Source: a virus
Taxonomy: Duplodnaviria > Caudoviricetes
IMG/VR virus record: IMGVR_UViG_3300025671_000227
Span: 1 to 35,248 of that record
Strand: one strand, 5' to 3'
Length of the DNA: 35,248 nucleotides
Shown here: piece by piece, positions 1-10,267 of the stretch
Position numbering within the stretch: position 1 is the stretch's first letter
Layout of the letters: each line of letters begins with the position of its first letter
Program-made: the position numbers and the translations under genes
The notes under the pieces: generated by a model
What the model was told of the DNA's origin: nothing
The model's database searches: none
The model's input: only the letters and a program-made list of their open reading frames with translations

Positions 1-3000
1 CTCCAAACGGCACAGGGTTTAGTCTTATTTTTACTCCGTGCTTATCCGCTATATCTTTTACCTTTTTTAGTGCGCGCTGCCCCGCACCCTTACCCTTATT
101 TAAGGCAAAAATACTAGATAAGAAAATATCACCTTCAAAAATACCCACCTCAACAGTGGACTCGTCATTAATAATCCTTTCTCTTGGATTAAATGGGTTT
201 TCGTATCCAATATTGTTAATATCTTGCTCTAGCGTAGTTTCTTCCTCCAAATTATCGCCAGTAACCTCAGATTTTGGCGTTTCTTTGGCATCTTCTGTTA
301 CTTCTTCTTTTTCGGTACGCAATTGGGGACTCTCTTGCTCCCCTTCTTTTTGAACCCCACCATCTTGTGGCTTTTCCAGCACGGGTTCTTTGATACTCGC
401 TTTTTCATCTGCTACAATAGTTTGCTCTTCTTGATTTATGGCGTTTCTTATCTCTTCGCCTGTTGCGTTGTACCTGTAACCATCACCAACAATAATTGAC
501 TCAGCCTTGCCGTAAGGTATTCCAAGAAATGTTTTCTTTGTTTCTACCTCTACGCCTTCTACCTTCTCAGCCCTATCTCTAAACTGTTCAGGTATTTTTT
601 CTAATGTTTTAGACGTAATGGTTACAGTTTCATTATCTTCAACGGCATCAAACTCTTCTAAAACCCTAGTTTGCTCTTCTTGCCGTATCCGCTCTTCTTC
701 TTTTTTGACTTCACCTTCTTGCTCCCGCAACTCTTGGTCTTTTTGCTGTACTTTTTCATTGTCTTTTTTGTTTAAGTTATCTAAAAATGAAATAGGATTA
801 TTTGGGACTGAATAATACTCTTGCCCTCCTATTTTTTGCTTTGGTATTGTTACTTCCTCACCGCCTAAAATACGCTCAAGTATATCGTCATAAGCTTTAA
901 CGTATTTCTTCATCTTTTTCTTCTTAGCCTCGTCAGGCTCATTACTAATAGCCTCGTTGACTATATCCCTCCTGTATCTTATTGCGTTGTATTGCTCGGA
1001 ATTGTTTATGTCTATATCTTCTAATATAGAAACCAACATACCCATTTCGTATTCGGTTATCTTACCGCCTAAGTATAGTTCAGTTATCAATCTGTTTGCG
1101 GCATCCCCTCCCTCGTTTCTTAAAACTTTTTCTAAGTTTTGAATAAATTGGTCAGGAGTTGGGGTTACTGTTGATTCGCTACTTATAGCAGCAGTAGCTC
1201 CGCCGAAAGGAATAGTTGCTAAAGTGTTTGCTGCTGTTTCTTGAAGAGACTCAAGTGAAGCAAACGAAGGAGCGCTCTCGTACTCACCCGTCTCAGCAAT
1301 AGCTCTCTCCATTATGTTTTGTGGGTATTCTTGAAGGAAAGTTTCTGTTGTGTACTCCAACAGCCCGTTAGCACCAAATCGTAACATGGGGTTTTTTATA
1401 CGCTTTATTCCACCAACAAAGGGAAGAGCACTAGGAACATAAGCGGGGGTTAAGACCAACTGAGAATTAAAGGTCTCTATCGCAGCGTTTTTAGCCTCCT
1501 CTACAGAACCACTTCTCTTTAAAGCGTCTCTGTAAGAACGAGCCATTAAGTCTGCTGTTTCAGATGTAAAGCCAGCTAAGGCGGTGGATAAAAGCCTAGC
1601 TGATGTTGATAAGTTTCTTGTTGTGGCAGCAGCAGCAGCACTAGCCACAACGCTAGGAATCATAGAACCCGCTAAATTACCCGAACTTTCTACAAGGTTG
1701 TAAAGAGTAAGGTCTCTAAATCCTTTAATCGGGTCAACTGCGGGCTGAAAGTACTGTTGCATTTGCTTTCCTGTCTCCCCATCTCCTCCAAATGTAGCTC
1801 CAACCATTTCAATGAACGACCCAAAAGATGAAAGGGTTGAAGTACCAAACCTAAGAGGTAATCCCCCTTGCGAAACCACAAACTCTTTCACCTCCCTTAC
1901 TTTAGCCATTTGCTCCGATAAAGCCTCTTGATAAGCTTTGTCAATAAGCTCTGGTGGGATTGGGTTATCTTTACCAAACTGTTCCGCCATTTGGTTTACC
2001 TTTTCTTGGTAAATAGCTTGAACCTCTTGTGCGCGTTTGTTTATTTTTGCGTTGTAAGCGTTGAGTAGTTGTGCGTTTTTAGTTACCGCATCTGAATAGC
2101 TTTTCTGATAATCGCCGTAAGCTTTTTGTAAAAGTTGGTTCGCTTGGTCTACCTCCTCTTGGGTGGTGTACTCCTTGTTTTTTAGTTCGGTTGAGTACGC
2201 TTCGTAGTCTGTGGTTATTTGCTTTAGTTCACTATCAATTTCTATAGCCTTTTCCTTGTACTCGTCACCGTAAATATCTGAAACAGATTTTATTTCTCGC
2301 AGTGCGCTTGCGTAAGCGTTTGAAACATCCTTACCATATTGGCTTTCAAATAGCTCCTCCCTCTCACCTTGAATATCTTTTATCTTTGACTTTATTTTTT
2401 CTTTTGCCAAAGAAGCTAACTTTTCTTGGTCTATGTTTAGGTTAAAGTCAATATCGCCCTGTATCTTTTCGGCTAACTTTACTCGAAGCCCTTTATCTTC
2501 AATTCGCTCGTCAACAAGTTCGTTTATTTTCTCTACGTTTGGAACTTTCATCCCGTAGAAGTTCTCTTTGTAGTACTGCTCTTTTACAGAGCCGTCCTCA
2601 TTTAAGTAAAACTGACTCGCCTCCTTAACAACAGGATTTAGTAATCTGTTTGACAGATTTTTCTGTTGTTCCATTATTTTTTGCCTATCCTTCTTTAGTT
2701 GAGATATTTCTGACGATAAATCAGCTTGAGTATTTCTACCGAAAGAAATATCGTCGGTTCGTACTTGGGATTGTGCTTGCTCGTATTTTGATAGGGTTTG
2801 GTTTATTTGCCCTAAAGACCTTTCGTTTGCTTGAAAGTCCCCATAAAGAGCCGCAGGGTTTACGTTTCCAAAGTCAGCCTCTTTGTATTCAACAGGGGCT
2901 ATAACAGATGGTATTTCTATCTTACCTTGCTCTGCGGTAGTGTCTCCTTGAGTGGTTGGTGGTTCAACCCCAACTGATACAGAAACTTCTTCTTGAGATT

Positions 3001-3127
3001 GTAAAGGTAATTCCGAAGATGGTTCTTCTTTTTTTTTTCGAGCTTCCTCTAATAAGGACTTAGCAGATACGCTCTGATTTCCCTCTCTTGCTTTTTTTAG
3101 CAGTTCTTGTGCACTTTGCTTACCCAT
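1..3127 (-). CDS. Very large virion ejection / polyvalent protein, 5' part only (>1040 aa, runs off window); GNAT acetyltransferase-like domain begins at the window edge
   Basis: ATG at 3127 (MGKQSAQELLKKAREG...) sits 4 nt after the upstream stop. It is missing from the ORF track because no stop occurs before position 1. Hand translation gives coiled-coil and Ala/Gly-rich segments (SGNLAGSMIPSVVASAAAAATT; GLLEYTTETFLQEYPQNI) typical of ejection proteins. The last residues read IFLSSIFALNKGKGAGQRALKKVKDIADKHGVKIRLNPVPFG (GNAT motif A). Confidence 0.85.
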   Translation of the reverse strand, partial: MGKQSAQELLKKAREGNQSVSAKSLLEEARKKKEEPSSELPLQSQEEVSVSVGVEPPTTQGDTTAEQGKIEIPSVIAPVEYKEADFGNVNPAALYGDFQANERSLGQINQTLSKYEQAQSQVRTDDISFGRNTQADLSSEISQLKKDRQKIMEQQKNLSNRLLNPVVKEASQFYLNEDGSVKEQYYKENFYGMKVPNVEKINELVDERIEDKGLRVKLAEKIQGDIDFNLNIDQEKLASLAKEKIKSKIKDIQGEREELFESQYGKDVSNAYASALREIKSVSDIYGDEYKEKAIEIDSELKQITTDYEAYSTELKNKEYTTQEEVDQANQLLQKAYGDYQKSYSDAVTKNAQLLNAYNAKINKRAQEVQAIYQEKVNQMAEQFGKDNPIPPELIDKAYQEALSEQMAKVREVKEFVVSQGGLPLRFGTSTLSSFGSFIEMVGATFGGDGETGKQMQQYFQPAVDPIKGFRDLTLYNLVESSGNLAGSMIPSVVASAAAAATTRNLSTSARLLSTALAGFTSETADLMARSYRDALKRSGSVEEAKNAAIETFNSQLVLTPAYVPSALPFVGGIKRIKNPMLRFGANGLLEYTTETFLQEYPQNIMERAIAETGEYESAPSFASLESLQETAANTLATIPFGGATAAISSESTVTPTPDQFIQNLEKVLRNEGGDAANRLITELYLGGKITEYEMGMLVSILEDIDINNSEQYNAIRYRRDIVNEAISNEPDEAKKKKMKKYVKAYDDILERILGGEEVTIPKQKIGGQEYYSVPNNPISFLDNLNKKDNEKVQQKDQELREQEGEVKKEEERIRQEEQTRVLEEFDAVEDNETVTITSKTLEKIPEQFRDRAEKVEGVEVETKKTFLGIPYGKAESIIVGDGYRYNATGEEIRNAINQEEQTIVADEKASIKEPVLEKPQDGGVQKEGEQESPQLRTEKEEVTEDAKETPKSEVTGDNLEEETTLEQDINNIGYENPFNPRERIINDESTVEVGIFEGDIFLSSIFALNKGKGAGQRALKKVKDIADKHGVKIRLNPVPFG

Positions 3128-3130
3128 ATT

Positions 3131-4798
3131 TTATTTCTTTTCAACAACAAGACCAGAATCAATCAATTCTTTCTTTTCTGAGTCTGACAAATCATCCCAA
3201 CCCTCTATCGCTTCTCCGTCAGGTGTTGTGTACTCGCCTTTATACTCACCACTAAGACGAGAGTTAACTGCGTCCATGTCTACACCCGCGCCGTAAATAG
3301 CTTTAACAGCGTCAGACATATCTTCACCGCTAACGGGTTTTGCATCTCTAAACATACCGCCAGTAAATAAAGGATAACTCTCTCCGTTTATTTTTATGTC
3401 ATTCATTATTCCAGACACATAACTCACATCTGCGTTAGGGAGTATTTTCTTGAACTCCTCGCTCTTTTGGGCATCTGTTAAATCGCTCATGGCTATATCA
3501 GCAAGAGCAGAGAAAGCTTTCTCATATTTAGGCTTGTCTAACTTATTCTTAGCCATTTCCTTTTTAACCCTAGACTCCCAACTATCAAGCGAATCAATGA
3601 TGTTGTTCTTATCTTTTTCAGTTACACCTTTCTCACCGCGAACACCTTGCTTGAAGCTAGATTTAATGTCATTATAAGGTACTTCCACTTTTTGTATTTG
3701 TTTAACCCCTTCAACGCTTACTGGAATTTCCACAATAGCCACAGGCTTTCCGATGTTATCCCCCTCTTTTCCAACGGTGAATCTTGTAATCTTACCGCTC
3801 TTTGGAACTATTGGGTTATCCTCACTTGCGGGTTCGTTAGGAATTCCAACAGCGTCAACTGTAACACTAACATCCGCAACTGCGTCTGCGTTTGGAAGGT
3901 TAATTGTTTTGACGCTCTCAAAACCGCTTCTTTTAGCGTCTTCCCAATTTAACCTAACATCTTCTTCCCCCTCTTCTATTTGGAATCCTGAGTCTAAACC
4001 ACTACCACTGTCGTCTTTCTTTGGGCTTGGACCAGTTAAGGTTTCATATTTTTTAAGCGGAAGAAGTTTTTGTAAGTCGTTATACGTTAGCTCTTTAAAC
4101 TCTTCTGCGGTTATTGGTCTACCTAATTGGTTTTCGTAACCCTTTTGTAGTCCAACTCTTGTTGATAAAAGGTTAGATAAATCTCTTACGTTTTCTTCGT
4201 CTAGTCTTTGAACTATTTGAACAAAGTTTTTTCCGTCTACATTTACGGTGTTGCCCTTTTCTTTTTCTTGCGCTTGCAAAAGGTCAGAAGCAATAAGCCT
4301 CATGTTAGATGACTTGTAAGCGTCCTCTATGTTCTCAGCCTGTGTTCGTCCGTACTGTATGTATTCGTAAATTTTTTCTATTGCTTGTAAGTCTTTAGGT
4401 AAGTCAGAAGTTCCACTCATTATTGCGTTTACATCGTCTGTATAAATACCAAAGTCAACTTCTGAGTCTGCTACGGCTGCGGATAAATTATTATCTATTT
4501 CCCTTAAACCATTCATCATGTTAAGGAGAACCATTTTTTCGGCTTGAGATTTTTGCTCGGTGTCCCCTACCTCGTATCTGTTTGCAACATATTCATCTAC
4601 GTGGCTTGAAACTTGGTCTCTAAAGAACGGAGTTTTTAAGTCGTTGTTTACCGCCTCAATGTCCTTTAACCTTTGCTTTCCCCTCGCCTCTGCCTCTTTT
4701 TGTTTTTGCTCTCGCAATTCTTTTAGCCTATCCGTTACATCACTAAAGGTTAAACCCTGTGGGTCTCGTGTTTCTAATACTCTTAAACCTGCTGACAT
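3131..4798 (-). CDS. Probable internal virion / ejection protein (555 aa)
   Basis: Long charged helical ORF tightly packed between two other ejection-type genes downstream of the tail stabilisation gene; function inferred from position only. Confidence 0.6.
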   Translation of the reverse strand: MSAGLRVLETRDPQGLTFSDVTDRLKELREQKQKEAEARGKQRLKDIEAVNNDLKTPFFRDQVSSHVDEYVANRYEVGDTEQKSQAEKMVLLNMMNGLREIDNNLSAAVADSEVDFGIYTDDVNAIMSGTSDLPKDLQAIEKIYEYIQYGRTQAENIEDAYKSSNMRLIASDLLQAQEKEKGNTVNVDGKNFVQIVQRLDEENVRDLSNLLSTRVGLQKGYENQLGRPITAEEFKELTYNDLQKLLPLKKYETLTGPSPKKDDSGSGLDSGFQIEEGEEDVRLNWEDAKRSGFESVKTINLPNADAVADVSVTVDAVGIPNEPASEDNPIVPKSGKITRFTVGKEGDNIGKPVAIVEIPVSVEGVKQIQKVEVPYNDIKSSFKQGVRGEKGVTEKDKNNIIDSLDSWESRVKKEMAKNKLDKPKYEKAFSALADIAMSDLTDAQKSEEFKKILPNADVSYVSGIMNDIKINGESYPLFTGGMFRDAKPVSGEDMSDAVKAIYGAGVDMDAVNSRLSGEYKGEYTTPDGEAIEGWDDLSDSEKKELIDSGLVVEKK

Positions 4799-4802
4799 GA
4801 TA

Positions 4803-5654
4803 CTATCTAATTGTTAAGACTGGTTGCATTTGACCTGTACTTCCAAGGTTTGTCGGCAATGGTTTTGTTGGCATATTACCGCTTACGTTATAATATGGAT
4901 TCATTTGTGGCGTAGACCCATTTCCAATCAGACCAGCTTGATTAGCGGTAAGAGCCGCATTACCGCCAACCATTAATGCCTGAGCCGCACCTTCTCCTTG
5001 ATTCTCAATACCGCTAATAATGTTTTGCATACCTATTCCGTAAAGGTTATACATTAATCCTTCACGGCGAAGAGCTTCTTGTTGTTGCGCAGTTCCGAAT
5101 TGAGTCCTTGCTTGGTTCTCTAGTTGCTGTTGTTGTGCTTGTGCGCTGAGATAAGTTTGTCTGTTTTGCAACCTTGCTTGTGCGTCCATTGCGTTTAGCT
5201 GTCGGTAAGCGTCTATTGTTCCTTGAGCAAGGCTTCCAATACCACGTATACCAGCCCTTGAGCCTTGAAGGTACTGAACCCCCATTGAAGCACTTCTGTC
5301 AATGGCTTCTTGTTGAGCTAGATACGCCTCTTCGGGTAATCCTTCCCTTGCCATTTCTTCGTAGCCCGAAAGAACTCGCGAACCTGTCTTTTGCAACTCT
5401 TCTAAGTTTTGACTAGAAGCGCTAATCAAACCCATGGTAGTAGGTGCTGCTTTTCCTTGCGCTGCTTCTGCTTCGTTGATTGCGTTGGCTACCTGCAAGT
5501 CCATAGCTTCCCGCCTTTGTCGTTTACCTTCTTTTCTTTGCTTTGAGCCTGCAGCGATTTTAGTGCCCGCCAAAGTAAGCCCCGCTGCACCAGTTAAACC
5601 TAGTCCTACTGCTAATGCAGTTCCTGAACTTAGTCCTAATGCTATTCCTGCCAT
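4803..5654 (-). CDS. Probable ejection / DNA pilot-like protein (283 aa)
   Basis: Gly/Ala-rich hydrophobic N-terminus (MAGIALGLSSGTALAVGLGLTGAAG), then a Gln/Ala coiled coil; this is the usual pattern of the first podovirus ejection protein. Confidence 0.7.
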   Translation of the reverse strand: MAGIALGLSSGTALAVGLGLTGAAGLTLAGTKIAAGSKQRKEGKRQRREAMDLQVANAINEAEAAQGKAAPTTMGLISASSQNLEELQKTGSRVLSGYEEMAREGLPEEAYLAQQEAIDRSASMGVQYLQGSRAGIRGIGSLAQGTIDAYRQLNAMDAQARLQNRQTYLSAQAQQQQLENQARTQFGTAQQQEALRREGLMYNLYGIGMQNIISGIENQGEGAAQALMVGGNAALTANQAGLIGNGSTPQMNPYYNVSGNMPTKPLPTNLGSTGQMQPVLTIR

Positions 5655-6163
5655 AATAATAGAATCTTTTCGTTAATTACACTTTGTGGCAATTCAAGGT
5701 AGTTCTCTGTATAAACTTCCCTTTCTGCCTCTTCTATATTTTTAGCGTCTGTTTTGTAGACACACGCCCAAACACAGTCTTCACGCATATAAGCCACTCT
5801 TTGTGTGCCTATTTCTGTTTGTACTGTCATTGGGGCTTTTATTCTTTTTATTTCTGCTTTGTCGTTTAACACGTCCATTTCGCCCGAAAGAAAAAACGAC
5901 GGATGGCTTTGCTTGTGAATGAAGCTAACAACAAAACTTCCCTTTGGCATCAACACTTGCCTTGTGTAAAGCCCGTTTTCTAGGTGGTGTGTTGTTGGAA
6001 ACATTTCTTCCATTTCCTTTGTGTGGTGCTTTACAGCGCCTTCAACGTTTTGTAGTTGCTCCTTTAGCTCGTTTATTCTGTCCCACAAAAGACCCCTTCC
6101 TTCCGAAAGTTTCTTTAACAAAACTTCTTCGCCTTTTGGCTTTCTTTTAAATAAGCGAAACAT
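5642..6163 (-). CDS. Cupin-fold phage protein
   Basis: HHLENGLYTRQVLMPKGSFVVSFIHKQSHPSFFLSGE is cupin-like. Start moved to ATG 6163 because a TATCTTTG promoter element overlaps the TTG used by the track. Confidence 0.7.
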   Translation of the reverse strand: MFRLFKRKPKGEEVLLKKLSEGRGLLWDRINELKEQLQNVEGAVKHHTKEMEEMFPTTHHLENGLYTRQVLMPKGSFVVSFIHKQSHPSFFLSGEMDVLNDKAEIKRIKAPMTVQTEIGTQRVAYMREDCVWACVYKTDAKNIEEAEREVYTENYLELPQSVINEKILLLWQE

Positions 6164-6169
6164 CTGTTG

Positions 6170-6177
6170 CAAAGATA
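6170..6177 (-). promoter_or_regulatory. Bacteroidota sigma70-type -7 element TATCTTTG
   Basis: Matches TAnnTTTG, 6 nt upstream of ATG 6163, at a gene junction. Confidence 0.65.
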
Positions 6178-6184
6178 ACCCTTT

Positions 6185-9100
6185 TTAAGTTAGGTTACTA
6201 TTATTGTACTTTAGCTTTACCGAAGATATAGAAGCTTGTTGGTTTCCATCCGTTGTTGCCTTTAACCTTGCCTTTAAGTACTTGCCTTTTACTAAGTCTC
6301 CTTCTAGTAACGGATAAGTAACCACAGGTGTTGTTTTGTCTTTGAAAATAGGAGACCAATAGTAACCCTCAAATTCTTCGTAGTCTGTTGTTTCGTTGTC
6401 CGTTATTTGCTCTGACTCGTTTACAGCGTAATCAATGTTGAATACTTGATTAGAGTCTGTGGCTATTGTGATTGGTTCTTTTACAATGTTAGGCTCTTGG
6501 TTAAACGGAAACTCTACAAACAAGTTTTTTACCGTGTCGTCCAAAGCGCCAGCGGGGTCAGAACCGTAGTATCTTGCGTAATTAAATTTAGTGCCAAAAA
6601 ATGCCGTTTGGTAGCTTGTTAGGTTGTGAACGTAACACTTTCCATCAACAAAGCTAACTAAGCTGTTACCACTGCTGCTCATCCACTCAGGCGTAAAACT
6701 GTGTCTGCTTATCCACCTTCCCCTGTCCTTTGAAAAGGAAATGGTTTGAACAAAAGGAACATATATAAGACCCGCAAATATAGTTCCAATGGAAACACCG
6801 CTGTCTACCGTTATTGTTTTTGCAGATGAATCACTAGATGTTATTGTTAATCCCTCCCAAACAATGTCGTAAGTGTTGACTTCGCTCTTTATAGGCACAA
6901 CACCTATATCCACAAGCCTATCAAAAGTACCATCTTCTATATCTAAGGCGGTCATTGTTATTGTGTACTCTGTTCCGCTTGTGGAAACATTTCTTTTTAT
7001 TAACTTGTGAGCGTCAAGGGTTATGTAGTAAGAGTTGTCTCTAATGCTGTAACCACTGTATATTTTGTTTCCGTTGGCGAAAGTGTCAGAGTTTTCGTTG
7101 TACGGATAGGGATAAGCTAAGTTGTTTTCAAAGTAACTTAACATCTTTATTTGGGCAATGTTTTTTACTTCGCCCGCAGCGCTCATTAAAACAGCACCCC
7201 TTAATCTGTCCACCCAAAACTTAACACCACCGTATTCTGAAAAGCTCTCTGGGTTTTGACAGCCGAAGTCTTGTGGGAAATATTGAGGCTCTGAAAGAAG
7301 TGTATCCGCTTGCACGTTAAGGCTTTGACTTCCCGAAGCTGTGTAAAGGAGGTTCTTATTAGTTAATATCCTTGCGACCTTTGTTTCTTGAATACAAAAT
7401 AACTCGTTTCCGTCAGAGTGCATAACGGTTAAGTCTCCGTAAGCGTTGTTTAACGAATCGCTGAAACTTCCGTCGAAAAATCTGTTTGCCCCAAAAAAGT
7501 CAGTGTTGTCAACTATGGGTTCTGAGTAAACTATCTCTTGTTCCCTAATATTTTGTTTGTAGTTACTGTTGACTAAATTTGGTCTGCCTTGAACGGATAT
7601 TTTAGAGTTCTTAAATGGAAATATATCCATACTTTCTATCATGGGGGTTTTAGCAAGACTTTGCTCATAGAAGTCTATGTCTATTGAGTATGAATCCGAT
7701 TGGTCTAAAACAACAACACAATCCTGAGCGTTTGCACCGCCTATAATCTGAGATTGGCAAGAAACAATGTCTGTCTCCCCCACAATATAAGACCCAGCCC
7801 CATAATAATTTAATCCAGTTATAGAAATACCAGAATCCGCATTTGACTCACTATCTGCAAGCTTTATTGTAGTAGATGTGTTTTCAATAACATAATAAAC
7901 AGTAGCGTCTATTAATCCTGATATTGCCCCCGAGCCGTCTTTATATAAAATAGCATCGCCTGTTGATAGTGTGTTGCTACCTATGGTGAGTATGTCGTTG
8001 CTGCCCCCCGAAACACCAGTTATAGAAAACTCCGTGTCTGTATAATTTTTTACGTTGGTATAAAAGCTATTAGTTCCACCGTGAACCCTATTCCCGTTTT
8101 CATCTGTTTCAATTTTAAAAGCCCACCCCATTTCGTACCAAACCTGCTGATTTGGGTCTTTATTTGACAAAGAAAAAACCTCAACCATATCCGATGTGTT
8201 TGGATTGATTGTAAAGTCTGAAAACCCATTAGTCCTAATCTCAAATGGCTCTGTCCCGTCTGGGTTACTCTTTAATATTTGAGATATACCATTTGATGAA
8301 GGCATATAGTTAGATGCGCTAAAATCCTCTATTACTCTAATATATTGACCATTAGAGAAAGTATAGGTGTAAGACGGAAAATCTATTTTATCGGCGTACT
8401 CATTAGGGTCTTCTAATCTTAAATCTGGGTCTGTAACAGCGGCAGCAGCAGATTGTATATATTTATCTGTGGTTTGGTTTCCGCAAAAAACTGGATACCA
8501 AAATTCAGCCCAAGAGGGAGGCGCATGAGCGATTGTCATTTTACACATTACCTCCCCTCTATTAGCTAAATTCCAATAAGGGGTGTCTAAGTACATCGTA
8601 TCATTCCTTAAAACATTCGTAAGCCTACCACTTCTATCACCGTACACTATCCCAAATGGGTATCTACTATTTTTCTTAAAATGCCCCTTTGCGCCAGAAT
8701 TAGAGGCTAAGTTTGATGGGTTTAAAGTGGTTATTGCGCTAAAGTTTACATCTAAATTAGATAAGTCAAAATCATATCCGTCTGTATTATTGCCTAATAA
8801 AACTCTACCATTCCCTACAACTGCTAATGTAGCAGACTTTACGGGTATAAAATCTTGAACTTGATTTTGCACCGTCGTAGGCACAGCAGATGTAATTGAG
8901 TTGTTGTAAAATGATTTTGAAATATACCACAAATACCTATCTGAGTACGGGGAGTCGTATTCTGAAACAGTTTCATCTTCTACGTCTAAAACCTCCGTCA
9001 AGTAATAATCACCAGTATTGTTTGTTCCGTTTTCTTTCGCATAAACCAATACTTGCTCTACTATATTATTTTCGTGATTGTGAGGTAGCGGTATTTCAAT

Positions 9101-10267
9101 ATCTATTTTATTGTCTGTGTGTATGTCTTCATAGAAGTATTTAGATGGTAGTGGCAACCTAGAGGATGGAGACATAGCTGTGGTTCTTCCATCTTTAAAT
9201 TTCCAAGCGTATCTAAACTGAAATATTTTTTGAGCGATGCTGTTTTGCTCTATTGATGAGTCAGTACCAATAGTACAAACCATTGGATGCTGAGGTTGAA
9301 AGGCGTATAAGTCAATAAATTTTCTATCTAAATATGGATATGGGGATAGGTTGTTTATAGATGTTACCTCAAGAAATGATGGCTGTTCGTTATTATCTGT
9401 CCAAATAAGATATACTCGCTCGTTTTGCTCTACAACAACAGCATGAGTTATTTGGAAACTTGAACTAAAATTAAGCGTGTCGCTTATATTAGCCCAACAA
9501 CTACCATCATTTACCTCGTTTACGTGTACCAAATTTGGTGAACCACTTAAACTTCCAGTTAAATCAATAGCGACACCATCAATAGCATTTGCAAAAGAGT
9601 TTGCTAGCTTTATAGTAGCACTTGTTACAGATATTACATAGTACGTATCTCCGTCAGTTAACCCACCAACACTACCACCGTTATCGCTATATACAACCTT
9701 GTCTCCTGTTTTGTAATAATTTGGAGAGAAACCTAATGTTATTAAATCTGTGTAATTATTGTAGGCTGTTATTGTTTTTTGAGATATATATTTTTTCCTC
9801 AATAAAGTATAATACGAACCACTATCTAAAACTATATCTCCCTTTGAATAGGCGGTTGTGCTTAAGAAGCTTCCTATAAAATTTAGGTTAAATTGATTGT
9901 AAGATTGGGCGTAAGAGTTATCTTCCCAGACAAGTCTTGCAATATTTGTGTCGTACTCGTATCTTAGTATTACATGTTTGTTGTTTGAGTTGTGTACAAA
10001 CCAATAAGTATGTCCTCTTACTGGGTCGTCAACGCTTCCTATTGTAGTGTTTGTTCCAGAGGGTAAAGAGTAAGTTGTAGCGCCTGAGCTTCGGTAAAGC
10101 GATATTTCTTCGTTTCCAATCTCAGTAACAATATCTCCGCCCGTACCTTCTCTATTTAAAACAGAAGCGTTTAAAGCGTCTATCCAATCTCCGTTGGGTA
10201 GAAAGCGAGGCGAATCATCCTTGTTCATTCCTCCATTAAATATACGAGTTTCTTCTTTCTGAGCCAT
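6185..10267 (-). CDS. Tail stabilisation / nozzle (muzzle) protein, crAss-like / P22 gp10-like, 1360 aa, with inserted domains
   Basis: N-terminal FNGGMNKDDSPRFLPNGDWIDALN; RVLLGN; FKKNSRYPFGIVYGDRSGR; FGCQNPESF..YGGVKFWVDRLRGAVL; WISRHSFTPEW; EFEGYYWSPI. These motifs are characteristic of this family in Bacteroidota podophages. Confidence 0.85.
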   Translation of the reverse strand: MAQKEETRIFNGGMNKDDSPRFLPNGDWIDALNASVLNREGTGGDIVTEIGNEEISLYRSSGATTYSLPSGTNTTIGSVDDPVRGHTYWFVHNSNNKHVILRYEYDTNIARLVWEDNSYAQSYNQFNLNFIGSFLSTTAYSKGDIVLDSGSYYTLLRKKYISQKTITAYNNYTDLITLGFSPNYYKTGDKVVYSDNGGSVGGLTDGDTYYVISVTSATIKLANSFANAIDGVAIDLTGSLSGSPNLVHVNEVNDGSCWANISDTLNFSSSFQITHAVVVEQNERVYLIWTDNNEQPSFLEVTSINNLSPYPYLDRKFIDLYAFQPQHPMVCTIGTDSSIEQNSIAQKIFQFRYAWKFKDGRTTAMSPSSRLPLPSKYFYEDIHTDNKIDIEIPLPHNHENNIVEQVLVYAKENGTNNTGDYYLTEVLDVEDETVSEYDSPYSDRYLWYISKSFYNNSITSAVPTTVQNQVQDFIPVKSATLAVVGNGRVLLGNNTDGYDFDLSNLDVNFSAITTLNPSNLASNSGAKGHFKKNSRYPFGIVYGDRSGRLTNVLRNDTMYLDTPYWNLANRGEVMCKMTIAHAPPSWAEFWYPVFCGNQTTDKYIQSAAAAVTDPDLRLEDPNEYADKIDFPSYTYTFSNGQYIRVIEDFSASNYMPSSNGISQILKSNPDGTEPFEIRTNGFSDFTINPNTSDMVEVFSLSNKDPNQQVWYEMGWAFKIETDENGNRVHGGTNSFYTNVKNYTDTEFSITGVSGGSNDILTIGSNTLSTGDAILYKDGSGAISGLIDATVYYVIENTSTTIKLADSESNADSGISITGLNYYGAGSYIVGETDIVSCQSQIIGGANAQDCVVVLDQSDSYSIDIDFYEQSLAKTPMIESMDIFPFKNSKISVQGRPNLVNSNYKQNIREQEIVYSEPIVDNTDFFGANRFFDGSFSDSLNNAYGDLTVMHSDGNELFCIQETKVARILTNKNLLYTASGSQSLNVQADTLLSEPQYFPQDFGCQNPESFSEYGGVKFWVDRLRGAVLMSAAGEVKNIAQIKMLSYFENNLAYPYPYNENSDTFANGNKIYSGYSIRDNSYYITLDAHKLIKRNVSTSGTEYTITMTALDIEDGTFDRLVDIGVVPIKSEVNTYDIVWEGLTITSSDSSAKTITVDSGVSIGTIFAGLIYVPFVQTISFSKDRGRWISRHSFTPEWMSSSGNSLVSFVDGKCYVHNLTSYQTAFFGTKFNYARYYGSDPAGALDDTVKNLFVEFPFNQEPNIVKEPITIATDSNQVFNIDYAVNESEQITDNETTDYEEFEGYYWSPIFKDKTTPVVTYPLLEGDLVKGKYLKARLKATTDGNQQASISSVKLKYNNSNLT

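Noticed and set aside
3029-3038. A10 tract near the 5' end of the giant gene as a frameshift or phase-variation site
   Set aside because: It is in frame (CGA AAA AAA AAA GAA); nothing in a single sequence shows slippage.
1-3130. Apparent gene desert with short ORFs (156-353, 618-815, 957-1142, 1690-1881, 2650-2904)
   Set aside because: These are shadows of one long minus-strand frame starting at 3127 that runs off the window.
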